A stretch of 64,000 nt of DNA from Camelus ferus (taxonomy: Eukaryota), in contig NC_045732.1 of NCBI RefSeq assembly GCF_009834535.1, positions 77,810,001 through 77,874,000 on the forward strand. The letters are read 5' to 3'. Of this stretch, positions 12,243 to 24,300 are shown piece by piece; position 1 is the stretch's first letter, and every line of letters starts with the position of its first letter. Both the position numbers and the translations under genes were made by a program. Below the pieces are notes generated by a model. It was given only the letters and a program-made list of their open reading frames with translations. It was not told the origin of the DNA and ran no database searches.

Positions 12243-13670
12243 CTGGACAGTCACTAGGAGTTGGTGAGGACCTTGAGCAGTGAAGAGCTGCCCCATGAAA
12301 CTGCGAAGGAGGTGACAATCACATTCTAAACAAAGCTAGATGATGGAGTGTGGGGCCAACTGAAGTGCGCCTCCCAGACCTGGGAGCCTGGGGAGGGGAG
12401 GCCCCGTCCTTTCCTCGTAGATGACAGCTGGTAACAGAAGTGAGGAGGGCTCTGGTCAGATCCAGGCAGGTTGGCCCAGCTGGTGAGGGTCACTGTGGAG
12501 GTTTGTTCATGGGGTGAAGAAGATGTAACCATACAGTTAGTGGTGAGAAGATAGGGCCCTGATTTGACTACACAGAGCCTCAGAAAATTTGCCCAAAAGT
12601 TGCAGGGTTTTCGAGTAAAGGTGAGGCCTACCATATCTCTGGAAGAGGACGAGGCGTGTGGGCCCCAAGACATGCAAGGCAGTACGAAAGTAGGGAGAGC
12701 CCTAGGCAGGCAGGGTCTTGCTGCTTATCTTTCAGAGCAGGAAGGGAGATGGTGTCAGGGCTCTGGGCTGCTCAGAGTCTGCCTCATGGAATTTTAAGTT
12801 TTGGCAAGATCCAATTCCCCAGCACCTCTCCAAGCCTTCTTCTGCAATGCTGGCCCCTGTCCCGGAGGCTGTCCTCCCCCATGCCACCCCTCCCCATACA
12901 GATCCAAGCTGTTTCCTTATGAGGTCAAAGAATTCTAAGTTTGCCTTCTCCCCTAGGAACACCCTGTCCCCCGGCACCTGCCTTGCCACTCTGCCTTTTA
13001 TCCCCTCCTCCTCCAGTCACCCCAGTATGAGGTCCCACCACCAGTGGCACCAGGAGCCTGACTTGTGATGGTCCCCTGTGCCCAAGCCCACCTGGAGACC
13101 AAGTCCAGGTGCACTGCAGGCAGACCCATCCCAGACCACCAGAAAGCAGGAGAGCCCTTGACTGTCAGAGCCCAGAGGCCCTTGGCACCACCCTTACCAC
13201 GATCACATAGTCGAGGAATTAGGGGCCCAGAGAGGGAGGAGACTTGTGCAAGGGCCCCGAGTGCAGCGATTCATTCATGGATTGTTCTCCCAGTTGGTAC
13301 CTAGTCCTGGGGTGATGATCTGGACAGTGTGGCCCAGAGGGGGTTCTGTGTCAGCAAATGGGCTATTGGGGGAAATCTAGGGCCTCAAGTGGAGTCTTCC
13401 TGGGAACAGGTGGGCAGAATTAAAGAAGAGGAGGCATTTCTCTGGAACTGCAGCGAGGGTGGAAAGGGATAGGAAGCCACTGATTCCTAGTCAAGAATAA
13501 GAAGACAGTTTCTCCTTTAAGGATGAGGAATGGGTTCTGAGCAGGATATTATATAACTTGTAATTCTAGCACTATCGAAAATTATAGGGAAAAATAATAT
13601 CAACAAGAATACATTCCTCAACATTCAGGTCCAAGGAGACAATTGTTCATTGAGCTGTTAATGTTTTCTT

Positions 13671-13805
13671 TTTCTTTCTTCCTTTTTTTTTGGGGGGGGT
13701 AATTAGGTTTATTTATCTATTCTAATACAGGTACTGGGGATTGAACCCAGGACCTTGTGCATGCTAGGCATGCACTCTACCACCAAGCTATACCCTCCCC
13801 TCTCA
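13671..13805 (-). mobile_element. Camelid-type tRNA-derived SINE (Vic-1-like) with 18-bp target-site duplication
   Basis: Minus-strand head GGGGAGGGTATAGCTTGGTGG..., B-box GGTTCAATCC and A-tail; TSD AGCTGTTAATGTTTTCTT at 13653-13670 and 13806-13823. Confidence 0.9.
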
Positions 13806-15245
13806 AGCTGTTAATGTTTTCTTAAAGATCAGAATCTTAATCCTTTGGTTCAATACAAAACTTAAGTTTTCTCTTCAAGGATGTTAAAAATCTTATAGGT
13901 TTTGCCTGCCAACAGAATGCTGTAAAACGTTGCTCAGATAGTAACAAAAGTCATAAGATGGTGAATATTGTGAAAATTAATGTGTAGGAGGTGGTCACAA
14001 TTAATATGTACCAGTGAGTGATTAGCTGACCAAAAGCCTCTCAAAGAATGCCTTGTGTTCCAAGCCTAGAACACACCAGTTTACCTTGGGACTATTGGCA
14101 TGGCTAGTTGGAGATTCAGCTTGCCTTGATTCTAGTGGTTTTCAGGAACTTTCAACACAAGGAGGAAAGGTCTTTAATTTATTACGATCTTTACTAGAGA
14201 ACAGCTGGTGCTTACAAACCTGCATTCCCTAGACCTGGAAGAAGTAGAGACCCAGAGATGCATGTGGGGAGCCTTGGCCAGGAGCTTTCTCCCTCCACCC
14301 TTTTTCTTTCTCTCCTTTAATGCAGTGGAATAGAATAGGAAATGTCAGAGTCCTTTTCAGGTAGCAAGGGAAAGGCTCATTTTGTGAACCACCTGTTTCA
14401 GTTACTTGTGTCACCCTGTGTGTGTGCACACAAGTACTGGCTCAGGATGTACAGTGTAGTTCTTATTGGGGTTTGCGGGCAAAAGGTTTAAGACACTGCT
14501 TTATGTGGCCTTCCCCAAGAAAGTGATACTTGCATTGAATACGAAGCTACCAGGAAATAGGCACATAGAAGAGGAAGAGGGAGCCTGGCAGTGCCAGGGT
14601 GTGGCTGTGCTCACCCAGTTCACAGACCCTTGGCTCTGTGGCTGCCCCACTACCACTGCCCACTCCCGGACTTAAGGACTGCACCTAACCGTGCTCCTGA
14701 GAATTCAGTCCGTCTCTGTTGCCCCCGCCCAGGCTTGGCACCCAGCGGGGGCCAAATCAGTGGCAGTCAGGATGCTAGCTCATCCCGGGTTTCAGGTCCC
14801 TGGTCCATGGTAGATTTTTGGCCGTAGGCGCTCAGTGAACACCTGCAACGGCCCGTTGCCCACCTGCACTCCAGACGGCAGACTCCGACTTGCCTGGCCA
14901 GCCCAGGCTTGAGGCAAAGGAAGGGAGTCATGACTATGGGCCACCTGGAGGAGGTGGCCTTTCCTGCAACAGGGGCCCTGCAGACCCTTAGGGCTCTTGA
15001 GGAGAGCACCCCCCTCGCCGGTCGGTGAGCTCATAGGGCGGGGGGCGTCGCCAGGCGGCCGGGGCGCTGGAGCTCGCGGCGCGCCCCCGCCCCCCCCGCC
15101 CCCGCCCCCGGCTCNNNNNNNNNNNNNNNNNNNNNNNNNNNNNNNNNNNNNNNNNNNNNNNNNNNNNNNNNNNNNNNNNNNNNNNNNNNNNNNNNNNNNN
15201 NNNNNNNNNNNNNNNNNNNNNNNNNNNNNNNNNNNNNNNNNNNNN

Positions 15246-15334
15246 GACGCCAGTGGAGCCCCGAGGCGCCCGGTGCGGGCTCACAGGCAAGCCAGGCGCC
15301 ACCCCGCGGTCGCCAGTCGTCCGCAGGACAGCAG
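15246..15334 (+). other. FLNA: FLNA non-coding exon 1 (3' part; the start lies in the gap 15115-15245)
   Basis: GGCGCCACCCCGCGGTC...GGACAGCAG matches the recalled human FLNA 5' UTR, followed by donor CAG|GTGAGG at 15334; within a CpG island with GC-box arrays. Confidence 0.85.
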
Positions 15335-16223
15335 GTGAGGCCTCCGCGGCCGGCTCCGAGCGGGATGGTCACGGAGCTGCTCGCATACCGAGGGCGGGGG
15401 TGGCGAAGTCCGGAGGCGAATCCTGAGAACTCAGGCGCGGGCGCGCACCCAGGCCGGGGCCAGGTGCAGCTGGGGTGCCTTCCCTTGGGGCCGACTTACC
15501 TGGTTTACCTGAAAATCTGTGTGTGCCTGGGAGTGTGGGAGCCCAAAGTCACGGGGGTCCCTGAGAGAGAGGGAGTCTGAGCGTTTGGCAGGACACAGGC
15601 TCTCCTGCACGCCGGTGAGCTGGCCGCTGCATGGCTATCTGGGAAGGAGGGGCCCAGAGAGCAGGACATTGTGTGGGCTGAGGGCGAGTGGCCACGTGGA
15701 AGGACAATTCACAGCCAGTATGCTTCCTGGGAGGGCGACAGTGGGTTCCTCGCTGGCACCAGTCCTCTGGGTACCAACTGCTTTGGGCACAGGGAGTTGG
15801 CTGCCGGGCTGCTGTGCTCTGTGGGAGGTCAGGCAGGGGTGTGGCCCGCACAGGAAGCAGGGGCTCCTCCAAGAGGCCAGATTCCCAGGCTGGGTCCTGT
15901 CCCAGGTTGGCTCAGAGCTGGATGTTCACTGCCAGCCAGGATGCAAGCAGCAACATCCCCAGATTCCCATGCCACCTGGGTCCAGGAGAAGTAGGTGAAA
16001 TCCGATGGGAGAGCCACCAGTATGTGCTCCAGGGTGCAGGTCAAGATGGGAACTCAGGACTTAAGTGCCCTCACCTGCCACCTGGACTTGCCTTAGTGGC
16101 CCATCCTGCCATTCTTCGACTTTCTTCACCAGCTGAATCGCCCCTGTGGGAGGGCCTGGCCTGGGGTCTGAGGACTGGGGGTGGGGTGGGAGGCGGAGTG
16201 TATCTAACATCCAAGAATCTACT

Positions 16224-16233
16224 CCAAATAAGG
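16224..16233. promoter_or_regulatory. CArG box (SRF site) in FLNA intron 1
   Basis: CCAAATAAGG fits CC(A/T)6GG; a CArG-like CCAAATAGGG at 16367-16376 and AP-1 TGACTCA at 16453-16459 lie nearby. Confidence 0.65.
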
Positions 16234-16910
16234 GAAAATATGAAAGAGCTGGATTTTGGCTTCCAGGGACTGCTGGATCTGGGGGCTTTGGGATGGGGCG
16301 CCATCTGGTGGTGATATGACGTCCCCTAGGGACAAGAACCTTCTACATCCCCATCCTTTATCACCCCCAAATAGGGAAAACCTAGGGCTGGAAGCCAGGA
16401 TGCCCAGATTCGGTCCCCTTTTCTGCTGGAGTTGGCTACTGGTCACTTACTCTGACTCAGTGTCCCTGCTCTCTGAAGATTAAGGAGTGAACACAGATGA
16501 CCCAATTGGATGGCACTTATAAAAGTGAAAATCAGTTCTCAATGGAACTCTCTCCTTGGGAACTTGCTTTCCAGTGGGACAGAGGAAGCAGGACAAGTCT
16601 CATCTCCTCTCGAATGGGGCCTGGTAGGGAGCAGTCCCCCCTCTAAAGGTTTCCCTCCCACCTACACTCCAGATCCCAGACACTGTGGTGTGGAATTTTG
16701 TGCAGGTGTGCAGGTCAGGAGAGGAGAGTGTACAGGTGAGCCTCAGACTGAAAAATGTCATTTGGAACCCCTACCACCACCATTGGTGAGGAAAAACCAG
16801 TGGGGTGACAGGCAGCCCCTAAGTGAGCATGCAGGAGGGCAGGGGAGACGCTGGCTGGGACTACAGCCCCACTGTGGGTGATGTAGACACCGCAGGTTGT
16901 GCGGCGTCAA

Positions 16911-16920
16911 CCATATTTGG
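16911..16920. promoter_or_regulatory. CArG box (SRF site) in FLNA intron 1
   Basis: CCATATTTGG fits CC(A/T)6GG. Confidence 0.65.
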
Positions 16921-17053
16921 GCATGACATGCCAGCTGACCCAGGGCCTCCTCTCCCACTGCTCTTTAGCAGATAATTTAGTTAGTACTAGTCTGCAGCTC
17001 AATCTAAGAATCAAGCAGGAGGGGCAGAGACATGCTCCTCAGACACAGGCCAC

Positions 17054-17829
17054 ACTCCTCAGCAGGCCTTGGCAGCCGTCATGGTGGTTTGCCCCCTTCA
17101 GTCCCCTAGCCCCTGTGTCCCGGGGGCCCCCTCTGCACCACGTGACAGTGAAGCCCACCCAGACCCAGGTGCACAGAGCCCATCAAGCAGTTCCTCAGGG
17201 AACCACTGCGCAGGTCCCTCTGGGTCTGGAAGACACCCCCCCCCACCCCTGCCCGGCCGCCTCCTGGGTCACACTGGCTCAGGGCCCATTCAGACAGGAG
17301 AGGAAACCCCTACTGCCCCAGGTGGACTGCTGGTGGGTCAGACGGACACTCGCTGTCTCTGCATGCGTCACCCTGCGGCCTCTGCCAGTGCCCATTGGCA
17401 CGCCCTGCCCCTTTCAGGGCTGCTTGCTCCTGGATCGCCTGTGGCCTCCTGGCCCAGTGCCCCATTTCCTCCTGGGTGGAGCGGGTTGGGAGGGAGGCAG
17501 GCGGTGGGGACCGGCGGGCGCAGGTGCGCAGCCCAGGGCGGTGCAGAGCGGGCAGGCCGGCTGGGGCAAGGAGTCTGGGGGGCGGCCTGGGGTCCGGGCG
17601 CCACGGGCTCCGCTGGCGTGGCGCACGCGCGCACAGCGCTGGCAGCAGCGCCTCGCCCGGACCCGCGCTCTCCAAGGGCTTGCCCTTAAGATCGGGCCCC
17701 TTCATGCTGCTGCCGAGCGACCGGCTTGGGCGCGGCCAGGGACCCCCAAGCGCTGGATCTCGGAGGAAGGGGGACCGCGAGGGCTGCGGGGGATCTGAGC
17801 GGAGCCTACGTCACTCACAGAGGGCGAGC
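17054..17829 (-). repeat. Inner inverted repeat, right arm (776 bp), inside FLNA intron 1
   Basis: Reverse complement of 11479-12242, with a 12-bp insertion (CAGCCGTCATGG) and two substitutions near the inner end, and GGGGGATCTG vs GGGGGGACTG near the outer end. Confidence 0.98.
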
Positions 17830-18307
17830 CACCCCATCCCCCGCAGGAGCCGTGGGGAAGGAAAGTCCCTTGTAAGGTGTGCCCGCTGGAGGCCAAGTGG
17901 TCCAGTGCCAGACACAGCTCAGCCTTTCCTCGCTGCAGCGTTTCCTGCAGCGCAGGCGCGAGACCGCAGGGCTTGGGCGCAATCTTGCTTGCTTGGGGCC
18001 CAGCGACCCTTCCTGGAGCCTGGGGGTCGGGTCAAAACCATCCGGGCGGAGGGACTCAGGGGGGCATTCCAACGGGCGGGGTGGGGCGGGGCGGGTGCGG
18101 CCCCGAAGCCCCACCCGCAGCCCCGCCTCACGGCAGTTCCGCCTCCTAGTCCCGCCCCCTGCCCGCATTTAAAGGGCTCGCTCTTTCCGTAGCGCAACCT
18201 CTGCTGTCTGCATCGTCCTGGGCTCGCTGAGGTGCCTGCGACTTTAATTAAAGGGCCGTCCCCTCGCCTAGGCTGCAGCACCGCCCCTCGGCTCCTCGCG
18301 CCTCAAA

Positions 18308-21300
18308 ATGAGTAGCTCCCACTCCCGGGCGGGCCAGAGCGCTGCGGGCGCGGCTCCGGGCAGCGGTACCGNNNNNNNNNNNNNNNNNNNNNNNNNNNNN
18401 NNNNNNNNNNNNNNNNNNNNNNNNNNNNNNNNNNNNNNNNNNNNNNNNNNNNNNNNNNNNNNNNNNNNNNNNNNNNNNNNNNNNNNNNNNNNNNNNNNNN
18501 NNNNNNNNNNNNNNNNNNNNNNNNNNNNNNNNNNNNNNNNNNNNNNNNNNNNNNNNNNNNNNNNNNNNNNNNNNNNNNNNNNNNNNNNNNNNNNNNNNNC
18601 CTTCCGCCAGATGCAGCTCGAGAACGTGTCGGTGGCGCTCGAGTTCCTAGACCGCGAGAGCATCAAGCTCGTGTCAATCGGTGAGGGCGCGGGCCTCCCC
18701 GTGGCGCGGGGAGGGTGAGGGAGGGGGACTCCGTGCGTCTTCCCATCTCCCGGGGGCTGACCCCTGGCAGACACCCTCTTAAGCTGCGGCGCTGACCCGG
18801 AGGCTCCAGGGGCCGCCCAGATGCATGTGGGCCTGGAGAACAAAGGCTCGCTGGCCAGCGGTGCGTGCGGACCGCTAGGCGCCCCGCCCGCCTGTCCCGG
18901 CTGGCCCACGCCCAGGCTGAGCTCACATCCTCCGCAGGCCGCGCCCCCGCCGCTGCGGCCGCGGTGGGAGAGGGCCTAGGGGGGCGGGCACTGGCCAAGC
19001 TCTGGCCCTGCGCCCAATGCCCCATCTCTAACGAGGCGGAGGCCAGGGCTCTGCACCCCCTAAAGCAGTTTGGAGAGGGCAGTCTGGCCTTCAGGCACCC
19101 CTGTGGTTCCTAAACAGGGGATGGAGCTTGTGGGTTCCATTATCTAGGCCCCCCACCCCCGCTAAAGATGGGGGGCCTTAATTTAGATCTCCCCCTCAGA
19201 ACTAGGGGGCCAGAGAGGACCATAGCTATTGAAAGACAAGATGGGTCTGTGCGCTGGCTAGTGAAGGGAGCTGGCTTGTAGCCTACTTAGACACCAAGTT
19301 ACTGTTGATTTCTGGCCAAACTCTTCCATGTAGGACTTGCCTTCCTGCATCTAGAATGCAGGAGTTGGTTGGGAGGTACTCCAGCATGTGCTGGGCTCAC
19401 TGCCGGCCCAATGTCCGTGTCACCGGGCTAGTGAGGCTGGAATTGACCAGACCTACTGCATCCCGGGCACTTCTTAAGATGGGAGCCGCTCAGGGACCAA
19501 CACCAGAACTGGTGACTTGGGGAGGGGGCTATGCAACAGGGAGGGAAGGGGCAAGAGCTGTTTGTTTTCAGAGGCCTTTCAGATGTCCCTTTGGCCCTGG
19601 CATGGTCCATGCTGAGCCTGGGAAGGTGAGGGACCGAGACTCAGGTTCCCCCAACCACTCAGGGCAGGTCTCAAGGGCCCCACCACTTTCTTTGGAATGC
19701 ACATCGTTGAGGCCGAGGAGGCCCACCCCTCAGTCCCAGCCTCAGTCTAGCCAAGCTGAGTCATCTCTGAGCCTTGGGGGGGGGCAACCGGATGTGGGGA
19801 GGCGGGCCACACCCCAGTTGTCTGGGGGGGGGTCTCGTCCTCCCCCCTCCCTTCTCCTCTTGTGAGCTGGCTGGAGCAGGCCTAGTTCCCAGAGCTTTGC
19901 CATATAAGGCAAAAAAATGTTGGAAAGCGGCAGTGATTAGGGGAGGGAGGGGTCAGGCTGCCCCGGGGGCTGGGGAAAGGAGGTGGGATGGGGCGGGGCC
20001 ATCCAGCCCGTCATTCTCTCAACCCGGGGCCCCGTCCTTCCCTCTCTCTTTTGTGAGGTGGACAGGGAGGGCCTCGGCCAGTCTCCTTTGGAACAGGGGG
20101 AGGGCCCAGCCCAACCTACCAGGGCTGATGAGCTTGGCCTTGTGTGTCCTCTCATGGGTCACAGTGGGCCTCAGGCCTCCTGAGGTCTCCTGTACAAGAC
20201 TCAGGATCCTGGGGGTGAGAGCCTGGTGGGAGGCCCCAGCGGGTCCTGTGCTCTTGGTCTTCTCTGAACCTTCCAGTCACCCCTAGCCTGAAGTCCCCTC
20301 TCCACCCTCCCTTGCTTGCCATCGGGGGACAGTGTTAGGTAGTGGTGTGCGACCAGGAGCAACCCCAGTCCAGGAACATGCTTTGAGTAGCATGGCGCTG
20401 GTCCTCAAACTGCTGCCTGCTGGATTCAGAGGCTGCCACATTGATGGACCTTTCCGAGGCACTCATCCCCTTCTTCCCATTCCCAAGTTGACCCACTCAA
20501 CAAGTATTTTCTCCTGATTATTGGGGGTAGAGGGTGGAGCATGCTGGCAGGAATTCCAAAGATGAGTTGCCCTCTCCCATTCTTGGAGCACCACCCCCAG
20601 CCCCCAATCTCAGGAGGAGGCTGAGACCCAGAAGGGCCTTGGGTGGGGCTTAGAGCACAGAGAGGTTGCTATAGTGATGGGGTGCAGGGTGCCCGCCCTA
20701 ACCACTTCCCCTGTGGTGAGCTTGGTGGCCACCAGCTCTCAGCCCAGTGGCCCGTTAGGTGGCGAGAACAGGCAGCAGCCGAGCACACTCTGCTGAGGCA
20801 GCGGGACTTGGGGACCCCACCCATGACTTCTGCCACCCAAACTCCCGAGCTGAGCCCTGGGCGCCCAACCCAGGCTCACTGGCTTTGCTCCTCCTCCTCC
20901 TCCTCCTTGGGCTGGGTGAGGGGCCCCTGGAATGTGTCCTGCCCATCATCCTGGCTGGCAGGCTATCCCTGCTGGGCCCCAGTGAGTCAGGGCCCTGCAG
21001 CCCAACCACTGGTTCCTTGGGGCTCCCAGCCCCTCCCTTGCACCAAGGCCTGCTGCCCAACTCCCAGCTGGGCTCTGGGGGGAGGGGGAGCACTGAGGAA
21101 GTGGTGGGGGGTGGGGCTCGCACCCTCCACCCAAAGGGTCCTTGCTCAACACCTCTGCTTTCCCTGCCGTCCACCCACTCGCCCTGGGGCAGCAGTTGTA
21201 TTTCCCAACCGCCCCACCCGCCTGCCTTCCCCTTCCTCAGCGCCAGGTCAGGGGCTCTGGCATCGAGGCCTGCTGGGGCCTGGCTGCTCCTCCTGCCCAT

Positions 21301-24300
21301 TCTCTGGAGACCCCTGGAGATGGGTGGTGGGCTCATGTGTGGGCAGCTGTGGCGTGCTCATCGGACTCACTCTCCAGAGCCACCATCTTTGGCGAAGGGG
21401 ACTCCTCCAGAGACCTCCCCTGGCCCTGTCTGCAGCCAAGCTCTGTCGCTTGTCCTTCCTCTAGGGCCCCACAGCCTCGGCTTCCGGCAACACCCCCTCA
21501 CTGTGCTGTATCATCACCATGTGCCCATGGGTGTTTTCCCTTCGAACCTGCTTCACGCCTTTGCAGGGGCCCTGGGCAGAGAGGGCCCCACCCCACCCTG
21601 CGAAGGCCTCTCTCTCCTCCCTGGGGCCTGCTGTGCTCCACACAGCAGTGCCTGGGAGTGGCCTGCCACCCTGTGTGTGCATGTACACATGTGCACAGGG
21701 ACGCACACGGAGGCCCCTGCCTGCCTAGCACTGCCACTCCTTTCCGTCACAGACAGCAAGGCCATCGTGGACGGGAACCTGAAGCTGATCTTGGGCCTCA
21801 TCTGGACCCTGATCCTGCACTACTCCATCTCCATGCCCATGTGGGATGAAGAGGAGGATGAGGAGGCCAAGAAACAGACACCCAAGCAGAGGCTTCTGGG
21901 ATGGATCCAGAACAAGCTTCCACAGCTGCCCATCACAAACTTCAGCCGGGACTGGCAGAGCGGCAGGGCCCTGGGTGCCCTGGTGGACAGCTGTGCCCCA
22001 GGTGAGGGGCGTGGGCGTGCTGGGGCAGACCGGATGGCCCACCAGGAAGTTCTGTGGGCCCCCGACTCACCACCTTCCTCGTGCCTCAGGCCTGTGTCCT
22101 GACTGGGACTCCTGGGACGCCAGCAAGCCTGTGAACAATGCACGGGAAGCCATGCAGCAGGCTGATGACTGGCTGGGCATCCCTCAGGTACACCCCTACT
22201 TGACCACTCGGGGCCAACCAGGGGCCGAGATCCCGGTGGGGGGCGGTGGCACGCCCCAGGAACCTGAGGCTTAGAGGCTAAATGGCCCCTGTCTTCTGCC
22301 CATGGCAGGTGATCACTCCTGAGGAGATCGTGGACCCCAATGTGGATGAGCACTCCGTCATGACCTACCTATCCCAGTTCCCCAAGGCCAAGCTGAAGCC
22401 AGGGGCTCCCCTGCGGCCCAAACTGAACCCGAAGAAAGCCCGAGCCTACGGGCCAGGTGAGGGAGCCAGGCAGCAGTGGGTGCTCCTGGGCGATGCCCTC
22501 CTCCCCGCGGGTCAGTGTCCTCTCTAAAGTTGAGTCTTGAGTCACGTGGCAGCAAGGTTATTAAATGCCCCCCAAGAGTCAGGCAGGAGTGGGTTGAGGG
22601 AGGAAGGACCCATCCGCCTTACTGCGGTGGAGATGAAACCCAGCCCAGGGCGTCATACAGGAGTGAGGGCCCAGGCAAACACGGGGCACGTTCCAGAAAA
22701 CGGGCCCAGGCCTGTCCCACAGCAGGAACGCAGCTGGGACCGAAGGCTCTGTGCGCTGGGGTTTAAGCCGAACTGACTCGCGCGCGCAAAGCGTGCCTGC
22801 TAGGGCTGCGCTGGGGAGGGGGCGGCGCTCACAGCCTGCGTGGGCCTTTCGCGCCCTCCCCCGGCAGGCATCGAGCCCACAGGCAACATGGTGAAGAAGC
22901 GGGCAGAGTTCACTGTGGAGACTAGAAGCGCCGGCCAGGGAGAGGTGCTGGTGTACGTGGAGGACCCGGCTGGACACCAGGAGGAGGTAGGGCCGGCGGC
23001 ATGTGGGGCAGGCGCCACTGTGCCTTCGCTGGCAGGGGCCACTCTCAGCCAGAGCTCACGGGCTCCTTCCCACCCTAGGCCAAGGTGACCGCCAATAATG
23101 ACAAGAACCGTACCTTCTCTGTCTGGTATGTCCCCGAGGTGACGGGGACTCACAAGGTGAGCCCTCAGGCCAAGGGGAAGCTGGTGGCGAGGGCAGCGGC
23201 TGTAGGGCCCCACCCCGCCCTCACGTCCTGCCCCTCCTGCGAACAGGTCACTGTGCTCTTTGCCGGCCAGCACATTGCCAAGAGCCCCTTCGAGGTGTAC
23301 GTGGACAAGTCCCAGGGTGATGCCAGCAAAGTGACTGCCCAGGGCCCTGGCCTGGAGCCCAGCGGCAACATCGCCAACAAGACCACCTACTTTGAGATCT
23401 TCACGGCAGGTGACGGGAGGGTACTGAGGCTGCAAGGTCTGGGGGTGGGGCTGCTGGGGCCTGGAGGCTCTGGGAGCTGAGATGGTACCTTACGGTAGGC
23501 GCTGGCACGGGTGAGGTGGAGGTCGTGATCCAGGACCCGGCTGGACAGAAGGGTACCGTGGTGCCTCAGCTGGAGGCCCGGGGCGACAGCACATATCGCT
23601 GCAGTTACCAGCCCACCATGGAGGGTGTCCACACGGTGCATGTCACCTTCGCTGGCGTGCCCATCCCTCGCAGCCCCTACACTGTCACTGTTGGCCAAGG
23701 TAGGCCAGTCCTGGCTGTCACATGCTGGGTCATTGCAGCCCAGGCCTCCCTTAGGAGGGAGGCAGCCGGGGCAGGTCCCTCTCCATCCAGCCCCTGCCCC
23801 ATCTCCCTGGGTTGTCTGTGCTTCCACTGTCTGGGCGATGTACTCTCTTTCTTCCCCTGCTGGGGCCCCTCCTCCTCTNNNNNNNNNNNNNNNNNNNNNN
23901 NNNNNNNNNNNNNNNNNNNNNNNNNNNNNNNNNNNNNNNNNNNNNNNNNNNNNNNNNNNNNNNNNNNNNNNNNNNNNNNNNNNNNNNNNNNNNNNNNNNN
24001 NNNNNNNNNNNNNNNNNNNNNNNNNGGGCTGGGCTGGGGATGGGGGACAGATGCAGATGGAGCAGGTGGGAGGAGGCCTGCCATGTCTTGGCCTCGGCCA
24101 CAGGTTTTAGGGTCACAGTCCGTTCTGGTTCTTTCTTGCGCATCCTTCCCCACTCTCTGGCCTGATGGTCCAGCCACGTGGGAGGCAAGGGAGGGGTTGC
24201 CTAGCTCCAGCTCCTAGCAGCTCAGCTGGCTCTCTGCTCACAGCTTGTAACCCAGGTGCCTGCCGTGCTGTCGGCCGGGGCCTCCAACCCAAGGGCGTGC

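Noticed and set aside
20759-22102. 447-aa ORF
   Set aside because: It is FLNA exon 3 plus chance-open flanking intron; only 21753-22001 is coding.
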